In this document: positions 10,619 through 20,436 of the stretch, piece after piece
Layout: the number at the start of each line of letters is the position of its first letter
Position numbering within the stretch: the first letter of the stretch is position 1
Origin: Candidatus Zhuqueibacterota bacterium
GTDB taxonomy: Bacteria; Zhuqueibacterota; Zhuqueibacteria; Thermofontimicrobiales; Thermofontimicrobiaceae
Direction: 5' to 3'
DNA length: 64,000 nucleotides
NCBI GenBank assembly: GCA_049322915.1
Contig: JBMOPW010000034.1
Location: forward strand, 128,001-192,000
Program-made: the position numbers and the translations under genes
The notes under the pieces: generated by a model
Told to the model about the DNA's origin: nothing
What the model saw: the letters and a program-made list of their open reading frames with translations, nothing else
Databases searched by the model: none

Positions 10619-11219
10619 CCGGCACCTTTTTTAACTTTTCGCGCCAGTAACCCCAGACGCCCCAGAGCAGCATGGCAATGAACGCAACGATTAACAGCCA
10701 GTTGGGAACATTGAAAGTATAGCCAAGCCAGATCAGGATGAAATAGCGAGGGCAACGGCCTGCAAATAGCGCTAATAAATATCTGGACAAAGGATAGCCA
10801 GTGGCGATGCTCAAAAATTTAAATGGATAAAAGGGGATCGGCGTAAAACCTGCAATCACAATCATGGCGAAGGGCGATTTATAAAAGAAATCGACGGATT
10901 TGGTGTAAAGCCTTTTATCATCATAAAGCTTTTTTACTTTACGATGTCGAAAGAGCGGCGTCAGCGTTTCGTAATCGATGAAGCCCGCAATCAACGTGCC
11001 CAGGGAAGCAGCGGCAACCGCAGCAAAGATATTGAATTCTTTGCCATAGTAAAGAAGCACTGGCTCGTGCGGTAAAAATGAAATGTAGACATGAGACGGG
11101 ATGGAATAGAGATAGAGCCATACAATACCCCGCATATCAGGTCTGTATTTCCAGATCAGCAGCGAGCCAATCGCAGATAAAACAAGGATGAGAATGAAAT
11201 AGACGTATTTTTTTTTCAT
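10599..11219 (-). CDS. DedA/VTT-domain membrane protein
   Basis: Hydrophobic; LPHEP, FTPIPFYPF, GRCPRY motifs. Confidence 0.7.
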   Translation of the reverse strand: MKKKYVYFILILVLSAIGSLLIWKYRPDMRGIVWLYLYSIPSHVYISFLPHEPVLLYYGKEFNIFAAVAAASLGTLIAGFIDYETLTPLFRHRKVKKLYDDKRLYTKSVDFFYKSPFAMIVIAGFTPIPFYPFKFLSIATGYPLSRYLLALFAGRCPRYFILIWLGYTFNVPNWLLIVAFIAMLLWGVWGYWREKLKKVPDERKNL

Positions 11220-11265
11220 GGAATTATCGGGTCGAAAAGTGAGTCGCCCTTCTTTTATTTTAGCA

Positions 11266-11296
11266 GAAAAGCCTCACTGGAATTGTGAGGCTTTTC
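11266..11296 (-). terminator. Intrinsic terminator closing the redox operon
   Basis: gaaaagcctcac / gtgaggcttttc perfect 12-bp inverted repeat just past the flavoprotein stop. Confidence 0.7.
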
Positions 11297-11330
11297 AATT
11301 ATAGTTTGGATCTGCTGTTGTATTCTTGTG

Positions 11331-13004
11331 TTATCGCATGGTTCCCAGGTAGGTGGTGGTCAATTGTCGTGTGCGGACATCGGGATTGCTGTAATCTGGC
11401 AGCAGCATCGGCGACACTGCGTCCATGATGCCGGCTTCTTCAACTTCCTTGTTGTAATTTCGGACATGGTCCAGATTCAGCTTTTTTGAAATGCTGGTTC
11501 CCTTGCAGTACTCCGCAGCATTTTTCCCGGCGATTCGCCCGAAGGCAGTCACATCCAGCAATGAATTTCCCATCAGCCGGTTTTCGCCATGAATGCCGCC
11601 CAGCACTTCGCCAGCGACATAGAGACCTTTGATGCTCGTCTCACAGCGGTTGTTTGCTTCCAACCCGCCGTTTTGATAATGCAACGTGGGGTAAATCAGC
11701 ATCGGCTCTTTGGAAATATCAATGCCGTAGCGTCGGAACAAAATGTGCTTGCCGGGGAATTCCCGACGAACCGTGCCTTCGCCATAGAGATCGTCAATCA
11801 TCGGCGAATCCAGCCACACTCCAAATTTTCCGGTCGGCGTTGGCACACCGTTTTTCCGTTCCGTCGAGCACTCTCTGATGATGGCCGCAGCTTCAACATC
11901 GCGGGGTTCACGCTCAAAGACGAACTGTTCGCCGTGAATATTGACCAGATTCGCTCCAGCGCCCCGCACCTTTTCGGTGATGAGAAGTCCCTCGGCCTGT
12001 TCCGGAAAAACAGCGCCGGTGGGATGATACTGAACCGTGTGCAGGAAACATACCGGCACACCCGCGCGATAGCCAATCACCAAACCATCCCCGGTTGCGC
12101 CATAATGGTTTGTCGTCATAAAATTCTGGATGTGCAACCGGCCGCTGCCACCTGTCGCGATGATGACAGACTTTGCTTTAATGATAAAATATTCCTCAGT
12201 TTCCATATTGTAAAGGACAGCGCCGCCGCATTTTCCAGTATCATCCATGAGGAGCTCCACCGCCGGGGAGAACTCGATCACGGTTATATCGCCGGGATGA
12301 TTTCTCACCTCGTCGCGAATGGTGCGCATAATTTCAGCGCCGGTGATATCGCCGGCGTAGTGCATTCGCTTGCGGGAAGTGCCGCCGCCGTGCATGGATT
12401 TCATCCTGCCATCCGGGAATTTGCTGAAAATCATCCCCAGTTTCTCCAACCAGGCTAGTACTTTCGGGGCTTCTGTGACCAACGTGTACGCTAATTCCGG
12501 ATCGTTGACAAAATGCCCGCCGCCCATGACGTCAAGATAATGATAGTACGGCGAATCCTTCCACGTTTTGCTCGCGCCCTGAATGCCGCCTTCTGCCATC
12601 ATGGTATTGGCATCGCCGTTTCGCAATTTTGTCGCAATGATGACTTTCGCGCCGTTCTCACGCGCCAGTAATGCGGCTGAATTACCAGCGCCTCCGCCGC
12701 CAATGACCAGAACGTCTGTCTCCATCCGCACATCATTCAGATTTATTTTATCCGGATTGACGCGGCTTTTAGCCTCGAGTATCGCAGCGTATTCGTTGCT
12801 GATAGCGTATCCTTTGCTCGGGCCAACCCTCAATTTTTTTCGAGTGCCCTGTATAAAATCAGGGTGAAAATTGCGCAGTATTTCCTGTCGTTTATCCACA
12901 GGGATAGCGGTAAATTCCTCTCCCCTCTTTTTTCGCTGAACGCGCTCAGGACGTGTCTTCTCAACCAGTTTTATTAGATTATTAAGTTCTGGTGTATATG
13001 CCAT
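11331..13004 (-). CDS. Fumarate reductase/succinate dehydrogenase flavoprotein-like (TfrA-type, probably non-covalent FAD)
   Basis: VIGGGGAG, NTMMAEGG, QYHPT, LHYQNGG, HGENRLMGNSL. Confidence 0.85.
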   Translation of the reverse strand: MAYTPELNNLIKLVEKTRPERVQRKKRGEEFTAIPVDKRQEILRNFHPDFIQGTRKKLRVGPSKGYAISNEYAAILEAKSRVNPDKINLNDVRMETDVLVIGGGGAGNSAALLARENGAKVIIATKLRNGDANTMMAEGGIQGASKTWKDSPYYHYLDVMGGGHFVNDPELAYTLVTEAPKVLAWLEKLGMIFSKFPDGRMKSMHGGGTSRKRMHYAGDITGAEIMRTIRDEVRNHPGDITVIEFSPAVELLMDDTGKCGGAVLYNMETEEYFIIKAKSVIIATGGSGRLHIQNFMTTNHYGATGDGLVIGYRAGVPVCFLHTVQYHPTGAVFPEQAEGLLITEKVRGAGANLVNIHGEQFVFEREPRDVEAAAIIRECSTERKNGVPTPTGKFGVWLDSPMIDDLYGEGTVRREFPGKHILFRRYGIDISKEPMLIYPTLHYQNGGLEANNRCETSIKGLYVAGEVLGGIHGENRLMGNSLLDVTAFGRIAGKNAAEYCKGTSISKKLNLDHVRNYNKEVEEAGIMDAVSPMLLPDYSNPDVRTRQLTTTYLGTMR

Positions 13005-13072
13005 GCCAACACCTCTCAAATTTTGAAAAGTCTATTTCAGAAATTTTGGTTACTTGTTCTTGGATTATAACA

Positions 13073-13831
13073 TTATAAATAACGCTTATCTTCCGGCTCC
13101 CACATCTCATCGGCATTGTCCGGTTCCATCTGTCTCTCTTTATACAAATTCATCAATTCGGTCTTTTCTTTCTTCATCAAATCCCTCAGCATGCTTTCGT
13201 AGCGACCGTCTTCAATCTGCTTCGTGCGCTCCTGCAAATGTTCCGCTTTGGGAAGGATATGCCGGCCATAAATTCGTCGCGACAAAATGCCAATGTTGTA
13301 TTGCACTTCCTCCGCCGGACAGCGGGCAGAGCAAAGTCCGCACATCACGCAGTCGAAGGACAACTCAGCCGCTTTCTCAATGTCGCCGGCCATCGCCATG
13401 GCCACATAATCCATCACTTTGATATCCATGGGACAGCTCAAGGTGCAGGTGTTGCATCCCATACATTTAAAAATTTCCGGGTACAATTTTGGTACATCTT
13501 CCCCGGTCGGGCTCAATTTTTCAATGTCATAGACCGCTTTGTTCCCCGGGAAAAATGGAATTTGCGTGATGTACATCTGCGGTTCGACGACCGTCTGGCA
13601 AGCCAGTCCATAATGGATTTTATAGTCATTCGGAAATCGGTAAATTGTCCCGCAGGCGCCGCAAATACCGCCGCGACAGCCGCATCCACGAATGAGTTGG
13701 TAACCGGCATATTCCATGGCTTTTTGAATGGTGAGAGAGTCAGGAACGTCGTACCGCTTGCCCATTATGAAAATGGGAATAAAATTTTTATTTTCAATCA
13801 GGCTGTCTTTTGGTTCTTTTGATTTACTCAT
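13073..13831 (-). CDS. FrdB/SdhB-like iron-sulfur subunit (2Fe-2S plus 2x4Fe-4S)
   Basis: GCRGGICGAC..LAC; CMGCNTCTLSCP; CVMCGLCSARCP. Confidence 0.85.
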   Translation of the reverse strand: MSKSKEPKDSLIENKNFIPIFIMGKRYDVPDSLTIQKAMEYAGYQLIRGCGCRGGICGACGTIYRFPNDYKIHYGLACQTVVEPQMYITQIPFFPGNKAVYDIEKLSPTGEDVPKLYPEIFKCMGCNTCTLSCPMDIKVMDYVAMAMAGDIEKAAELSFDCVMCGLCSARCPAEEVQYNIGILSRRIYGRHILPKAEHLQERTKQIEDGRYESMLRDLMKKEKTELMNLYKERQMEPDNADEMWEPEDKRYL

Positions 13832-13882
13832 TGAAACTCCTCCTGAACAGAGAATGTGCTGTATCTGAAAATTTATTGTAAT

Positions 13883-14380
13883 TTACCACGTGATAAAAAT
13901 TCCCAAAACAAAGCCAATAATGAGAGCGACTATCACCATGAAATAGTTGTCCAGCAATTTCATTTTCTTTGACTGGGGGATGACTTCGACCACTCGCTCC
14001 TCGACCACGAAATCCTTGATGGAAGTATCCACCTGTGGGCAGGACATAACGCAGGCATAACATTGTTCACAGTCCTCTGCAACCAGCGCTTCCAATGCAA
14101 ACGACGTACGCTGAACCGTGCGCGCTCTTCTGTCCGGCTCTCTTCGCAGCACCGGGCACGAATCGATGCAATTTCCGCAGGCAATGCAGGCGCGATCCCC
14201 TTCGATGGCGACATGCTGTGGCAAGTAGAGTCGATGATAGGGCTCTATTCCGCGTGAGAGCAGACGGCATCTGGCGACCGGTGGTTCTTTGATATCAAGA
14301 ACAGAATTCAAAACATTCTGGGTCTTGTCGGTTAAAAGCGTCTCTTTTGCAGTTATGTACGCCACAATTATCTCCTTCAC
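13883..14380 (-). CDS. 2x[4Fe-4S] ferredoxin-like protein with a C-terminal membrane anchor
   Basis: CIACGNCIDSCP, CEQCYACVMSCP; hydrophobic C-terminus. Confidence 0.8.
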   Translation of the reverse strand: MKEIIVAYITAKETLLTDKTQNVLNSVLDIKEPPVARCRLLSRGIEPYHRLYLPQHVAIEGDRACIACGNCIDSCPVLRREPDRRARTVQRTSFALEALVAEDCEQCYACVMSCPQVDTSIKDFVVEERVVEVIPQSKKMKLLDNYFMVIVALIIGFVLGIFITW

Positions 14381-14392
14381 AATATGTATTGG

Positions 14393-14500
14393 TTAACCCT
14401 ACAACGTCACTTGAATTTATTAGCACTATATATTGTATCTGCTAACAACCAAACATACAATATAGTGTGAGCAACTTGCTAAATGACGTTGTAGGGTTAA
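14393..14500. mobile_element. MITE-like 100-bp element with 13-bp terminal inverted repeats, flanked by TTAA
   Basis: TTAA-CCCTACAACGTCA ... TGACGTTGTAGGG-TTAA; a related left end occurs at 63777-63793. Confidence 0.6.
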
Positions 14501-14547
14501 TCTGTATCTTCAATTCGCCTCAATAATGAAGCCTGTTCATCGCCTGA

Positions 14548-15462
14548 CTACTCAGCCGATTCATCAATGTAGGGATGACATTTCACGCAATTTTCGTTTT
14601 GCGTCGTATCTTCACAGTCCGCTTTGAAAATTTGAAACTTCCCGTGTATTTGACCATGATGGCATTTCTGACAGGTTTCCACTTTCGGCGGCGCGACCGG
14701 CTCGCCGGGATGCGTCAGAGGAACGACATTTTCATGACAGCCAGCGCAGGTGATCGGGTTCCGAGCCACGAAGTTGACATTTTTATCAACGGTGGCGCTT
14801 TGATCATCGCCCATTTTATTTCTGAGGTGGCACTGCCCACAATTTCCGGTCTTAATTTTTTCGAGAAGTTGAATTTCAGCCTGTTTGTTTTCCATGATGA
14901 CTTTGTCGGAAATCAAATCCTGATACAATTTCTGATCGTCCGGGCTATACGTTTCAAATCGAAAATGCAGCCGCTTGTTGAAACGAAGTCCGATTTTTCT
15001 CAATGTGTCCGATGCCAGGAGGTATGGCTCGCGCTCGTCAACATCCAGCCTGTCCGGGTGACAGATGAGGCACTGCTCACTGGTATAGGTAGCGCGGGGC
15101 GCCACTTCTTTCGCGAATTTCAAATTCGCGGCATTCTCTGCAAACGTACCGCTTTTCTGAAAACTTCTTCCATAAATAGTCTGCACCGTCTTGTCCTTAT
15201 GGCACTGAACGCAGGTGAATTGGCTTTTATCGATCCCCTTATGGACGGGCAGGTCTTTGTCAAAATAAAAATAAGGTCCATTATTTTCATGGCAGTTATA
15301 ACAGAAATTCGACGTCTGGTTATAGGCGATCAGACTCGTTAAAAAAGTAATGGCGCCAATCGGAACTACAATGAGAATGACGAGCAAATAATGTTTGAAG
15401 ACAAAATCTTTGACTTTCCCGGGAAAGCGTATGACGTTTTGAATGAATGTCGTTATTTTCAT
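14548..15462 (-). CDS. Membrane-anchored multiheme cytochrome c (7 CXXCH)
   Basis: CYNCH, CVQCH, CLICH, CGQCH, CAGCH, CQKCH, CVKCH; N-terminal TM helix. Confidence 0.85.
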   Translation of the reverse strand: MKITTFIQNVIRFPGKVKDFVFKHYLLVILIVVPIGAITFLTSLIAYNQTSNFCYNCHENNGPYFYFDKDLPVHKGIDKSQFTCVQCHKDKTVQTIYGRSFQKSGTFAENAANLKFAKEVAPRATYTSEQCLICHPDRLDVDEREPYLLASDTLRKIGLRFNKRLHFRFETYSPDDQKLYQDLISDKVIMENKQAEIQLLEKIKTGNCGQCHLRNKMGDDQSATVDKNVNFVARNPITCAGCHENVVPLTHPGEPVAPPKVETCQKCHHGQIHGKFQIFKADCEDTTQNENCVKCHPYIDESAE

Positions 15463-15484
15463 TATCAGGACTCAGTTCATTTCG

Positions 15485-17719
15485 TTAGGCTTTTTCAATA
15501 GAAACGATGGTATCTTTTTCCGAAAGCCCAAGACCCAGTGTGTCTTTTTGGACTTCGATAAGAATATTGGTATTGACGCCGTTATGCTGTTTTTCCCACC
15601 ACAGGATGGCTGAGTCAGGATCAGCGGTTTCAACTTTTTTGCCCAGGGCAAAATTTCCCATGGCCCAATGTCCTAACCCGGAGCGAAGCGCAATCGCCCG
15701 GGGATGGACACCCTGGGATAGCCTCACTTCCGTTTCAATTTCCCCTGCTTTTGATTTCAATCGAATTTTCTGTCCATTGCGAATGCCCAATTTGTGAGCA
15801 GTTCTGGGATTAATCATGGCCTCGTTGACATGCGAAATCTCTGCCAACCATTTGGCATTGCCCGTGTTCGGCGTCATGACATTGCTCGTGAACGGAATTA
15901 AATAGAGCTGATTTCGGCTTAATTGAATCGGTTCCTGCAATGGAATATACCGGGGCAACTCGAACTCCCCTTTTCGCCGCAACTCGGATGAGGCTATTTC
16001 GAACTTCTTCGAAGGCGTCGCAAACCCTGATTTTTGATAAGTCACAAACGATCGGCCGGGATTGTCAGGCTCCCACATTCCCACTTTTTTCAAGTTATCG
16101 AAATCTTTGGCAGAATTCATCCCGGGAACCTGAGCGGCGATTTCTTTGAAATAATCTTCGACGTGTTTATAGTTCAAATTTTTCATGGCCGCGCCGCCAA
16201 TGGAAGAAGCCAGCAGTATCCAGATTTCAGCCAATGATTTGGACTCCCCGCGCGGAGCGATGGCCGGCTGTCCCAGCGTCACTTGCGGAACGAAATGGTA
16301 CGATGGGGCGACCGAAAGATCCCAGCTTTCCAGATGAGTGGCTGCTGGAAGCACAATATCGGCCAATGTGGCTGTTTCGCTCATTGCGGACTCGATGGCC
16401 ACAGCGAAAGGCACTTTCGATTCATCTGAAAATAGCTCTTTCATCATGTCGCTACTGGCGGAATCGTACACCGGGTTGCTGTGGAATGAAACGAGCGCAT
16501 CGATTTTTTCCCGGCCTTCGACCAATGCCTGGTAAAAATCAACGGGCGCATGGGACAGATCATCCTCGGCACCGAAGTCAGACAGATCGAATTTCTGCGG
16601 CAGGCAGTATCCACCTTTTTGATCGATATTGCCGACGACGGCATTCAAGAGCATGATCGATCGTTCGTTTTGAACGCCATTGCTCCGGCGGGTGACGCCG
16701 CTGCCAGACACAGCGACGGGATGTTGCCGTCGGGCGAACTCAATGGCCAGTTCCCTGATTTTTTGGGCAGGAATTGTGCAGATGGACTCGGCTTTTTCCG
16801 GCGTGAACTGACTCAGATAGGACTGCAATTCACTCGCGGAAATGTTAGTCCATCTGGCGATGAAATCGGCGTCGTGCAGTTGATTTTGCACGATGACATT
16901 GGCCAGGGTCAGAGCTAAAAGCGCATCGGTGCCCGGCATTATGGGCAGCCATTCTGCGCTTCTTCCGGCGGTATTGGACATGCGGGGATCGACAGTGACC
17001 AGGCGGGCGCCGTTGTTCATTTTTGCTTCAATGACCCGCTGGCTGATTGCCACGAACAACGGATGGGACTCAAAAAAGTTTGCGCCGAACGACAGGATGA
17101 AATCACTGTGCTCCACATCCGGAATTTCGTAACGCGCGCCCCAGGTAATTTTCTGGGCGTAATTTTTATTGAGATCGGAAAAGACCGGCGATGTGATGAC
17201 TCGGGCATCCCCCAACGATCTGATGAATCGACGACTCAATCCGGTGAGGTATCGCTCTTCCGAATTGAAGATGATTTCACCCGACCGTCCTGCCGAATCG
17301 CGGAGCCGCTCGGCAATTTCTCGCAACGCTTCCTGCCATGAGATTTTCTCCCAGGAACCGGCGCCGCGTTTTCCTTTTCGTTTCAGCGGCGTCAATGGGC
17401 GATTGGGATCATACACCAGATTCATCCCGGCAATGCCGCGCGCGCAAATCTTGCCACGATTGTTGGGATGGCGGGGATTGCCCTGAATTCCCATTAACCA
17501 GTCGTTTTCAAAAAAGCCAATGAGTCCGCACTGCGCCGGACAGAGATTGCAGAATGTGGGAGTGCCTTTGCGGAATTCTTCGGAGAGAAAGGAAACATTC
17601 TTGCCGGAGCTGCTGATCTCTGCGAACAGTGGGCTGAACTCATTCAGAAACAGTGTGGAAAAAAGTCCAGCCGATGTATATTTAATGAATTTTCGTCGAT
17701 TCAAATTTTGTTCAATCAT
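15485..17719 (-). CDS. Tat-exported molybdopterin oxidoreductase catalytic subunit (Psr/Phs/Arr/Ttr-like, DMSO reductase family)
   Basis: NRRKFIK Tat signal; CNLCPAQC...KICARG; VDPRMS, PGTDAL, ADIVLPA; C-terminal dinucleotide-binding domain. Confidence 0.85.
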   Translation of the reverse strand: MIEQNLNRRKFIKYTSAGLFSTLFLNEFSPLFAEISSSGKNVSFLSEEFRKGTPTFCNLCPAQCGLIGFFENDWLMGIQGNPRHPNNRGKICARGIAGMNLVYDPNRPLTPLKRKGKRGAGSWEKISWQEALREIAERLRDSAGRSGEIIFNSEERYLTGLSRRFIRSLGDARVITSPVFSDLNKNYAQKITWGARYEIPDVEHSDFILSFGANFFESHPLFVAISQRVIEAKMNNGARLVTVDPRMSNTAGRSAEWLPIMPGTDALLALTLANVIVQNQLHDADFIARWTNISASELQSYLSQFTPEKAESICTIPAQKIRELAIEFARRQHPVAVSGSGVTRRSNGVQNERSIMLLNAVVGNIDQKGGYCLPQKFDLSDFGAEDDLSHAPVDFYQALVEGREKIDALVSFHSNPVYDSASSDMMKELFSDESKVPFAVAIESAMSETATLADIVLPAATHLESWDLSVAPSYHFVPQVTLGQPAIAPRGESKSLAEIWILLASSIGGAAMKNLNYKHVEDYFKEIAAQVPGMNSAKDFDNLKKVGMWEPDNPGRSFVTYQKSGFATPSKKFEIASSELRRKGEFELPRYIPLQEPIQLSRNQLYLIPFTSNVMTPNTGNAKWLAEISHVNEAMINPRTAHKLGIRNGQKIRLKSKAGEIETEVRLSQGVHPRAIALRSGLGHWAMGNFALGKKVETADPDSAILWWEKQHNGVNTNILIEVQKDTLGLGLSEKDTIVSIEKA

Positions 17720-17743
17720 GCTTTTAAAATCCCAATCTCATGG

Positions 17744-18640
17744 TTAAATCAGCGGTAAATGTTCGCCACCCAGAACGACCACATATCGCATGAAGAAAAT
17801 GCCAATCATCACCAGGACAGAAGCGATAACCAAATTTCTTACAGATCTGAATCGCGGGGTCACGATGATTGTGAGTGGAATAATTTTGCCTAATATGTTT
17901 TCAATGAAAATGAAGTACGGGCTGAATTCATGGTACATCAATAAATCGGCCGCTTCTTTCGCTTCGGTGTGGGACGTGATCAAAACGATGACGTCGCTCA
18001 AAACGAGAAACAGGTCAAACACAATGACGCCGGCCAGAATTGTACCCAGTGAATAAATCAAGCTCGTGTTGACTATTTTCTCCTTTGTGAAAAAGCGGTC
18101 CCGAATATAACAGACCAAAATCATCATAGCAATACCAGACACCATGGCAGAGACAAGAAACAAAATCGGCATCAATGCTGTGTTCCAAAGCGCCCTGGCT
18201 TTTGCCAGCGCCAGAATGAATCCGGTGTAGCCGTGCACCATAATTGCCAGAGGTAGGCCAATTAACCCGAAGGTTTTCGTAAGTTTCATGTTTCCCTTGA
18301 ACATGAAATAACCGTAGATAATTGAGTTGATCGGGTAAAGCGTCAGCAGAAAGGATCCCCAACTGATGGGCGATGTGAAATTGATATAGGCGAACAAATG
18401 CCAGGGTTTGAGCGGTTGGCCAACATGGATCAGCAAAAACATCGGAGCGGCTACGAGAAGAATGGTTGCCAATACGACCCCGATTTTTCCCAGTGGTTTG
18501 AACTTGGTCAATCCAAAGCCATAGGCCAGTGTGGACATGATGAACGAGCCAGCGCTCAAACCGGTCAAATAAAAATAGAGGGCAATATAAATTCCAAATG
18601 TCTCTTGAATGTGAATGTTATACAGGAGCTCGACATTCAT
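17744..18640 (-). CDS. NrfD/PsrC-family membrane anchor
   Basis: YFYLTGLSAG, TSPISWG, HGYTGF..ARALWN, FFMRY. Confidence 0.9.
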   Translation of the reverse strand: MNVELLYNIHIQETFGIYIALYFYLTGLSAGSFIMSTLAYGFGLTKFKPLGKIGVVLATILLVAAPMFLLIHVGQPLKPWHLFAYINFTSPISWGSFLLTLYPINSIIYGYFMFKGNMKLTKTFGLIGLPLAIMVHGYTGFILALAKARALWNTALMPILFLVSAMVSGIAMMILVCYIRDRFFTKEKIVNTSLIYSLGTILAGVIVFDLFLVLSDVIVLITSHTEAKEAADLLMYHEFSPYFIFIENILGKIIPLTIIVTPRFRSVRNLVIASVLVMIGIFFMRYVVVLGGEHLPLI

Positions 18641-18643
18641 GGA

Positions 18644-19231
18644 TTACTCTTCCTTTTTCTCTTTTATGTCCGCTGTTTGCAGATCAATGTCGATATAAAA
18701 TACATGAGGATCGGTTCCCATCATCGGTTTCAGGACAGAGACGTTATTGGTGGCAATCAATTTTGCAATTTCGCTATTCTCGTCATTCAGATCGCCAAAG
18801 ATCCGCGCGCCAACCGGACACGCATCCACGCATGCTGGTGGAAGCCCTTTCTCCACGCGATGCACGCACCAATCGCATTTCTGACAGAAATTCATAATCG
18901 GATTGATGTACCTGACGCCGTAAGGACAGGCCGCCATGCAATAGCGACAGCCGATGCAGAGATGCGGATCGATCGTCACAATACCATCCTCTCGCTTTTT
19001 TGAGGCGTAGGTCGGACAGACAGTGACGCAAATTGGATCTTCACAATTATTGCACAGCAGCGGTAAAAACGAAATCGATGTGTTGGGATATTCGCCCTTT
19101 GCAGCCTGTTTCACCCACGACCGCCAGACGCCCAATGGCACGCTGTTTTCGCTTTTGCATGCGACAGAGCACGTGTTGCAGCCTATGCATCGCCGTAAAT
19201 CTATCAGAAAGCCGTATCGTTTCTTCGCCAA
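18644..19231 (-). CDS. NrfC/PsrB-family 4x[4Fe-4S] subunit
   Basis: CIGCNTCSVAC, CNNCEDPICVTVCP, CIGCRYCMAACP, KCDWC, PACVDACP; GGAGG before TTG. Confidence 0.9.
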   Translation of the reverse strand: MAKKRYGFLIDLRRCIGCNTCSVACKSENSVPLGVWRSWVKQAAKGEYPNTSISFLPLLCNNCEDPICVTVCPTYASKKREDGIVTIDPHLCIGCRYCMAACPYGVRYINPIMNFCQKCDWCVHRVEKGLPPACVDACPVGARIFGDLNDENSEIAKLIATNNVSVLKPMMGTDPHVFYIDIDLQTADIKEKKEE

Positions 19232-19470
19232 ACTTAACAACCTCCATTTATTTAAAGAGAAAGTGAGAATAATCAGAATGAAACCGGTTCCGTGTCAGTA
19301 GTCGGGATGACGTTACTTTCTTCACCTTCCTCATTCCTCCACGAAGGAAAGAATTCGAATCTGAGAGTGTCATCGTAAATCGGATAGTCGCATGTCGAAA
19401 TCACCTCCAGCTTAACCAGTTGATAGACTGATTTTCCAACTATCCTGATTATTCCACTTTCCGTTCTCTA

Positions 19471-20436
19471 TTATACCATTTTTTTTGCTCGTTCTCTTTG
19501 TCGCACAAAACTGATGGCTGCTGCCGCGATGCTGGGTCCCGAATCCCCCACCGGACATTTCCCAGCGCAGCGGGAGCACGCCACGCAATATTTCGCCAAC
19601 CTCTTGACTTTTTCATAATCGCCCAACCGCGTGGCCAGAACCATGGTCATGGGATAGGGTTCGCCATCGACGATTTTCACGGGACAGGCGCCCACGCAGG
19701 TCTGACAATTGTAACAATTCAATGCCTGCCCAGTGCCTTGAATCAACGCTGGCTGCAATGTATAGTCAAATACTAAGACGATGCAAAACAGAATGGCCAG
19801 CGCATTCAACGTCGTCATATCAAATTGAAATCTGGAAAAGTAATGCATCACGTTTGTCACGGCATTGAATTCCGGATGTTCCGGCATACCCGATAACACC
19901 GCCATGGAAACCGCTTCGCGGAACCCTTCCATGGTTTCGATGGAACCGTGAATTGTTGGCGGCACAAAATCGATGTCCAGCCGATTCGCCTTGATCACCT
20001 GGTCGGCAAGCCCGTCCAGCGCTGAAATCATTTCCTGATGCTGCAGAATATCGATGGCCTGAATTTTTCCATCTTCAACATTGACAGCAACATGAATGGG
20101 GCCGCGAAGCCCGGATCCTGCGCCGAGAAATTCGCCATTTTCAACCCAGGCAAGGTCAGGCGGGAAATGCTCTTTGATGTAGCTCGACACGCGCTGATAT
20201 TGCACAATGTAATAAAGTCCGAAAACAATTCCCAAAATCAAGACAGGGATGATGATGATAAAATAGGATTGCTTTCGAACGATGTACGTTTTAATTGCGC
20301 TGTACAGCAACAGAATTCCCAGAAGAGCAAAAAGCAAAAACCTTCCGGAAACGAAAGCGAACGCTGTGATGACAGTCAGCATGGCCAAACGCCATGGCCG
20401 CTCATATATGATTGAGAAATTTAGTTTAGCCAACAT
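19471..20436 (-). CDS. Membrane protein with an FMN-binding-like domain and a C-terminal HdrC-like 2x[4Fe-4S] domain
   Basis: GSGLRGPIHVAVNVEDGKIQAIDIL; CYNCQTCVGACP, CVACSRCAGKCP; several TM helices. Confidence 0.7.
   Translation of the reverse strand: MLAKLNFSIIYERPWRLAMLTVITAFAFVSGRFLLFALLGILLLYSAIKTYIVRKQSYFIIIIPVLILGIVFGLYYIVQYQRVSSYIKEHFPPDLAWVENGEFLGAGSGLRGPIHVAVNVEDGKIQAIDILQHQEMISALDGLADQVIKANRLDIDFVPPTIHGSIETMEGFREAVSMAVLSGMPEHPEFNAVTNVMHYFSRFQFDMTTLNALAILFCIVLVFDYTLQPALIQGTGQALNCYNCQTCVGACPVKIVDGEPYPMTMVLATRLGDYEKVKRLAKYCVACSRCAGKCPVGDSGPSIAAAAISFVRQRERAKKMV

Noticed and set aside
14423..14468. NrdR-box-like words inside the MITE-like element
   Set aside because: No ribonucleotide reductase context and the second site has the wrong length
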